From Oikopleura dioica (lineage: Eukaryota; Animalia; Chordata), in assembly GCA_907165135.1 (NCBI GenBank), contig OU015566.1:12462001-12526000 (forward strand): a stretch of DNA of 64,000 bases, written 5' to 3'. This document shows, piece after piece, positions 59,987 through 64,000 of this stretch. Within the stretch, counting starts at the first letter, position 1. The number at the start of each line of letters is the position of its first letter. The translations under genes and the position numbers were made by a program. The notes under the pieces were generated by a model. It was not told the DNA's origin. It did no database searches and was given only the letters and a program-made list of their open reading frames with translations.

Positions 59987-60236
59987 CCATGAGATTTTTT
60001 TAGAGAGGGAGAAGGCCCCTGGCCTCGCTTTCCCGTTTCACTCTCGGGGAAATCTAGAAATTTCTTTCAGCTCCAGTTGGGCACCTCAGAATAAAGAATT
60101 TAGAGTGCGGTGCACTACGGAAAAATACAGTCATTTGATTGGCTAGCCGCGCTAGGCGCACGCGGCTAAACTGAGAGTCCCAGAGGGCTTAGGACCCTCA
60201 GATTCTCAGATCTCCCTTTAGAAAAAAATCTCATGG
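59987..60236. mobile_element. 250-bp MITE with ~26-bp TIRs and TA TSD (Tc1/mariner-type)
   Basis: TA|CCATGAGATTTTTTTAGAGAGGGAGA ... TCTCCCTTTAGAAAAAAATCTCATGG|TA. Confidence 0.8.
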
Positions 60237-61990
60237 TAGAATAAATTAGCAAATTTAATAAAATGTTAGATAAATTATGAATTTATTTTCTCCATCCTTT
60301 TTCCCAGATTAATTTTTCTTCATCATTTAGATAGGCACTCTCTCCTGCAGAAAATTGCTGTAGAAAATGAACACGTGAAATTTTTTTATTGAGTAAGGTG
60401 TCTTTATTAGGATGGGTGTCTATTGAGCGAGAATCACGGAAACATACAATGGTAGAAGGGGCTCAGGACTGGATTTACCGAGCTCGATCACCAAGCATTT
60501 CGTCAAGCATTTCGGATTCAGAAGGACTCTCGCTTTTCTTTCTCACCTCGCTCTTCCGATTCTCTCGTCAGTATAATCGGCCTGAAAATTAATTTATCAG
60601 AATGTCTTGAAAAGAACAAGCAAGTAACGTGGAAATTCAAGAGTTTACCTGAGAATATGTACGCGAGGACAGTGCATCTTCGGCAAGTACCAGTAACTGA
60701 TGTTATTGGCGCTAATTTTTCATATTTTATTCTGAAATGTAGGAGTTAGGGACGATTCTAGGGTTCTGATATGTAGTGTCAAGTTAAAGCCAGTGTAAGT
60801 AACAGTACAGTCAAATCTCAGAACATATTCCCGACTCGAAATTCCGAACATGTCAGAGACGCTGAGCGCTCATTGGCGGAACTCCCGTGATGAAGCGGTT
60901 TTCTGATTGGCGCGTGGGTGGCACGTGCGCCCCAGCAGCGCGAACGCTCATTCCAGTGGCTCATACACCCACCGGGGCGAGTCGCGGCAACACGCTTTTG
61001 ATCTTTTTTGAGCCGAAGAGTCCAACATTCAGAGAAAACTTTCGATGTTCAACTATTTTTTCCTATTTCTCCTTAGGCGTTAATGACAAAAGACCTGACC
61101 CTCTCTATTTCAGAACTGAGTAATGTGAAATGGGCGTGGAACTTGCCCTGTAAGTTCCGTCCTCGCTAGCATATCGTCAGGTAAGCTTGAATATTTCGAC
61201 TAACACGTAGAATTTGAATCGTTTTCTTTCAGCTATTGACTTTTAATTAAGGTTGCGAATACTGACGGGAGCATTTCATCGGACTCTGATGAAGAGCCCT
61301 TGAGCCGAAGAGCGAGGTGTGAGAGAAAGACACTCAAACGAGCTTTGAGTGTCATGAAGATCTTCCCAGTCGGGAGAAGTCTGCATGTTTAGAGTCTGGA
61401 AACAGATTTTAAACATGGATACCATGCAAAATGCCAGTAGGCATCTGCCAATCTGCTATTCCTAACAAAGTCACCTTACCATTATTGCCTTTCTTTCTAT
61501 TTGTTCTATTTCAATTATAGCCACAAAAACTTTTCTAACCGAAAATAACTTTCAGAATTGAGAAATACTCGGTAGCGACCATGATCGGTGGATTTCGTAT
61601 CCTGGTTCTCCCTGTCCTCGCTCAGCATTTGCCAGGTAGAATCAGCTTTTCTTTGCTAGTCGAAGAATAACTTTCTTTTTAGTTTCATCCGTCAATTGAA
61701 CCTTACTTGAGCGAGGTCGAGAAAAGCTTGCGGCATGGAACTGCCGTATTAATAAAGAGCGCCAGAGCTCCGGGAAATACCTACAGCTCCAAGCTTTCCT
61801 GAAGAGCGCATTCTACCACAGTACCGAGGAATCGGACAGTGATGAGGATTATGTCATCCGAAGCCATCCTTACCAACTGCAGAATGACTGTATCTGCTTT
61901 TTCTGTAAAAATAAGAAAAAGTTCAAAAATGAATCATCATGACGACCTAAAATCTATCTAATAAAGACACCTTACTTTCACCATCATTGT

Positions 61991-62753
61991 TTGCTTCTTT
62001 CTTTGCAGGATTCTAAGCCAAAGTTATCAGGAATGTTTTCAGAACTTGAGAAAATGGTCGACGGAGTGATTTCGTTCAAAAAAGTGCTCCAGAGCTCTGA
62101 CTCAGAACCGATTCTTGAGATGCCGTCTGTTCTCGAAGCGGTAGAAGCTTCAGTGAGTCTTGAAGCAAGAGCAGTTGTGCTGAACCAGCTGTGCAACAAT
62201 AAGGCCATTGAGGATGACATTGAAGGTAGTTTTTAGCGAGTTTCATGAAAAGATATTCATCTTTTAGAGCTCAAGAAAGAAAATGCGGAGACTCTTTCCA
62301 ACATCACTGCGGCTGAGAAAGAATACTTGGAGACCGTCAATTCCGGCGCTTTCGTTGAGAAAATGGAGAAAGCTATCGTTGCGCTAGAAAGCCTCGACGT
62401 CAAGGAGAAAAAAATTGATGAAAAGAAGATGAAGATCAAAACTCTTCAGGCGAGAAATGAAGATACCAAGAAGTCTTTGATTTCTTACGACTGTTAGTCT
62501 GTTTTAAGGAGATATTCATTATAATAGCTTCTTTCTAGCCGACCTGGCGGAAGAGAAGATCGCCGAATTGACGAAAAAGCGCGACGAATTGAAGCAAAAA
62601 CTGGCGAAACTCGTCGAATTGTCGAACAACCGCCAGTTCGAGTACCAACGGGAGCTGCAAGAAGCCAATTCCAACGGCACAAATTTCCAGCGCACCAACG
62701 ATGATGGCTACGACTCAGCAGAAGCAGAGACAAATTCGATGGAGACGATCTAA
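61991..62753 (+). CDS. Uncharacterised coiled-coil protein (3' exons; 5' part probably from about 61250, unresolved)
   Basis: Phase-compatible E/K-rich exons ending ..ETNSMETI* at 62753. Confidence 0.5.
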
Positions 62754-63173
62754 ATTTGACCTTTTCCAATTCACTTTCACCATTCCACGTATTTTTCCCT
62801 GCCCTCACTAAATTAGTTATTAAATGAACTCACTTTTTCAAAAAATTCGACACTGATTGAAAATTAACTCGTTTTGTCAAACTAGCCAATTGATTGGAAA
62901 CGCATAAATCTTTATTGGGTGACGAATCTGAGGGCTAACCAATTATTTGGCTGGATTTGCATTTAGGGGTTAATTTTCATTTCAATTCTATCTTATTCTT
63001 TTCACCGATTTCTACTTCAAATCTGGGCGTTATAGATTTCCCGGCAGTGAATTAGGCAATAAATCCGCAAATGTTGATCTTACGAGGAGGGTGTGTCATT
63101 CGATCGAGCTTGAGATATAAAGTGCGTATTTCTAATTATTGAATTCATTTTTGATTATCAAAAAATCCAGAGA

Positions 63174-63467
63174 ATGGCAGCTGTAGCGTTAGATTCAACC
63201 GGGCGAGATCAACTCGAAGCTTCTGGCTGGGCAAAGGTCGAAAATCGCGACGCCGTCGAGAAAAAATTCGCGTTTTCTGATTTCAGCGAGGCTTTTGGCT
63301 TCATGACTCGAGTCGCTTTGAAGGCGGAAGTCATGTGCCACCATCCCGAGTGGTTCAACGTCTACAACAGGGTGGAAATAACGCTTTCGACGCATGATAT
63401 TGGAGGATTGTCGGATAGAGATTTAAAGCTTGCTAAGTTCATTGATGATGCTGCGAAAAAGGAATAA
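63174..63467 (+). CDS. PCBD: Pterin-4-alpha-carbinolamine dehydratase (intronless)
   Basis: [44 protein letters not shown]. Confidence 0.97.
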   Translation: MAAVALDSTGRDQLEASGWAKVENRDAVEKKFAFSDFSEAFGFMTRVALKAEVMCHHPEWFNVYNRVEITLSTHDIGGLSDRDLKLAKFIDDAAKKE

Positions 63468-63631
63468 ATAGTTTCTTTCTCCGGAGAGTTTTATGAAATA
63501 AAATTCTTGATACTGACATGAAAATCAATCGTCTGCATGAAAAATGCCTCGAAAAATGATGACAGTGGTCTATTTTCAATTTTATTCTCGACGATCTAAC
63601 TCGGAAAAAGCAGAAACAGGAAGAATCTCTT

Positions 63632-63943
63632 TCAGTAGAAGAGGCCAAAGTCCTTGATGAGAACAGCAACGTGGCCGCATTTCGGGCAGCTAGAAGTAAT
63701 CTTTTCGGCCTCAATATCGTGACATTCGAGCAGGAGGCAGTTGAAGCACCAGTTGTCGTGGCCGCACCAGAGAAGCTGCCGCGCGTACATTTCGTTTTCT
63801 TCAATTTTGTCGTGGTCTGGTGAGAAATATCGCTCGCAGGAGTGGCAGACGTTCTCTGAGTATCCTTCGATCTCGTCATCATCATCTTCAGCTTCATTCT
63901 CTTGCTTTTCCTCCTGCTCAGAGTTATTATTTCGCGTAACCAG
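63632..63943 (-). CDS. Last exon of a C-terminal RING-finger protein (gene runs off the window)
   Basis: After AG at 63944: acidic stretch, then CHSC..CGHDNWCFNC..CPKC, stop TGA at 63632. Confidence 0.75.
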   Translation of the reverse strand: MVTRNNNSEQEEKQENEAEDDDDEIEGYSENVCHSCERYFSPDHDKIEENEMYARQLLWCGHDNWCFNCLLLECHDIEAEKITSSCPKCGHVAVLIKDFGLFY

Positions 63944-64000
63944 CTTAGAAAGGAGAAAAGTACTGATTTGACTTCACCCTTGTTCTGCTGAAAAATCTGA

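Noticed and set aside
60860-60990. GTGATGA..CTGA snoRNA-like motif
   Set aside because: Boxes are only about 10 nt apart; the region is better explained as a CCAAT-containing promoter.
63439-63897. 152-aa minus ORF from the track
   Set aside because: Wrong frame; the RING-encoding frame ends at 63632.

Overview
Gene-dense animal genomic DNA (about 30 genes in 64 kb, mostly 35-60 nt introns, some GC-AG and possible GA-AG introns). This is most consistent with a larvacean tunicate such as Oikopleura; the species is inferred, not shown. Recognisable genes: vWA+ZP GPI-anchored protein, ATP6V1G, VMP1, cytohesin, MRPL19, SYNCRIP/hnRNP-Q/R, TMEM104-like transporter, NUP43, EFR3, JMJD4, UBAP2/lingerer, RING+ZYG11-like ARM protein, Kelch-like propeller genes, multi-ShKT protein, HHAT-like MBOAT, PCBD and a partial RING gene. 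Main highlights: (1) a 672-bp foldback element with a 9-bp TSD inside a coding exon, whose termini supply GC/AG splice sites so that removal leaves an in-frame +12 nt (introner-like); (2) a young, intact, env-less Ty3/gypsy element with identical LTRs and a gag TAATG pol stop-start junction, inside SYNCRIP intron 2 and apparently inside an older TIR element; (3) four paralogous small TM+PPxY genes nested antisense in one transporter intron; (4) a candidate neuropeptide precursor with two homologous peptides; (5) an intronic Pol III-box, tRNA-like structured element. All gene models were spliced and translated by eye.
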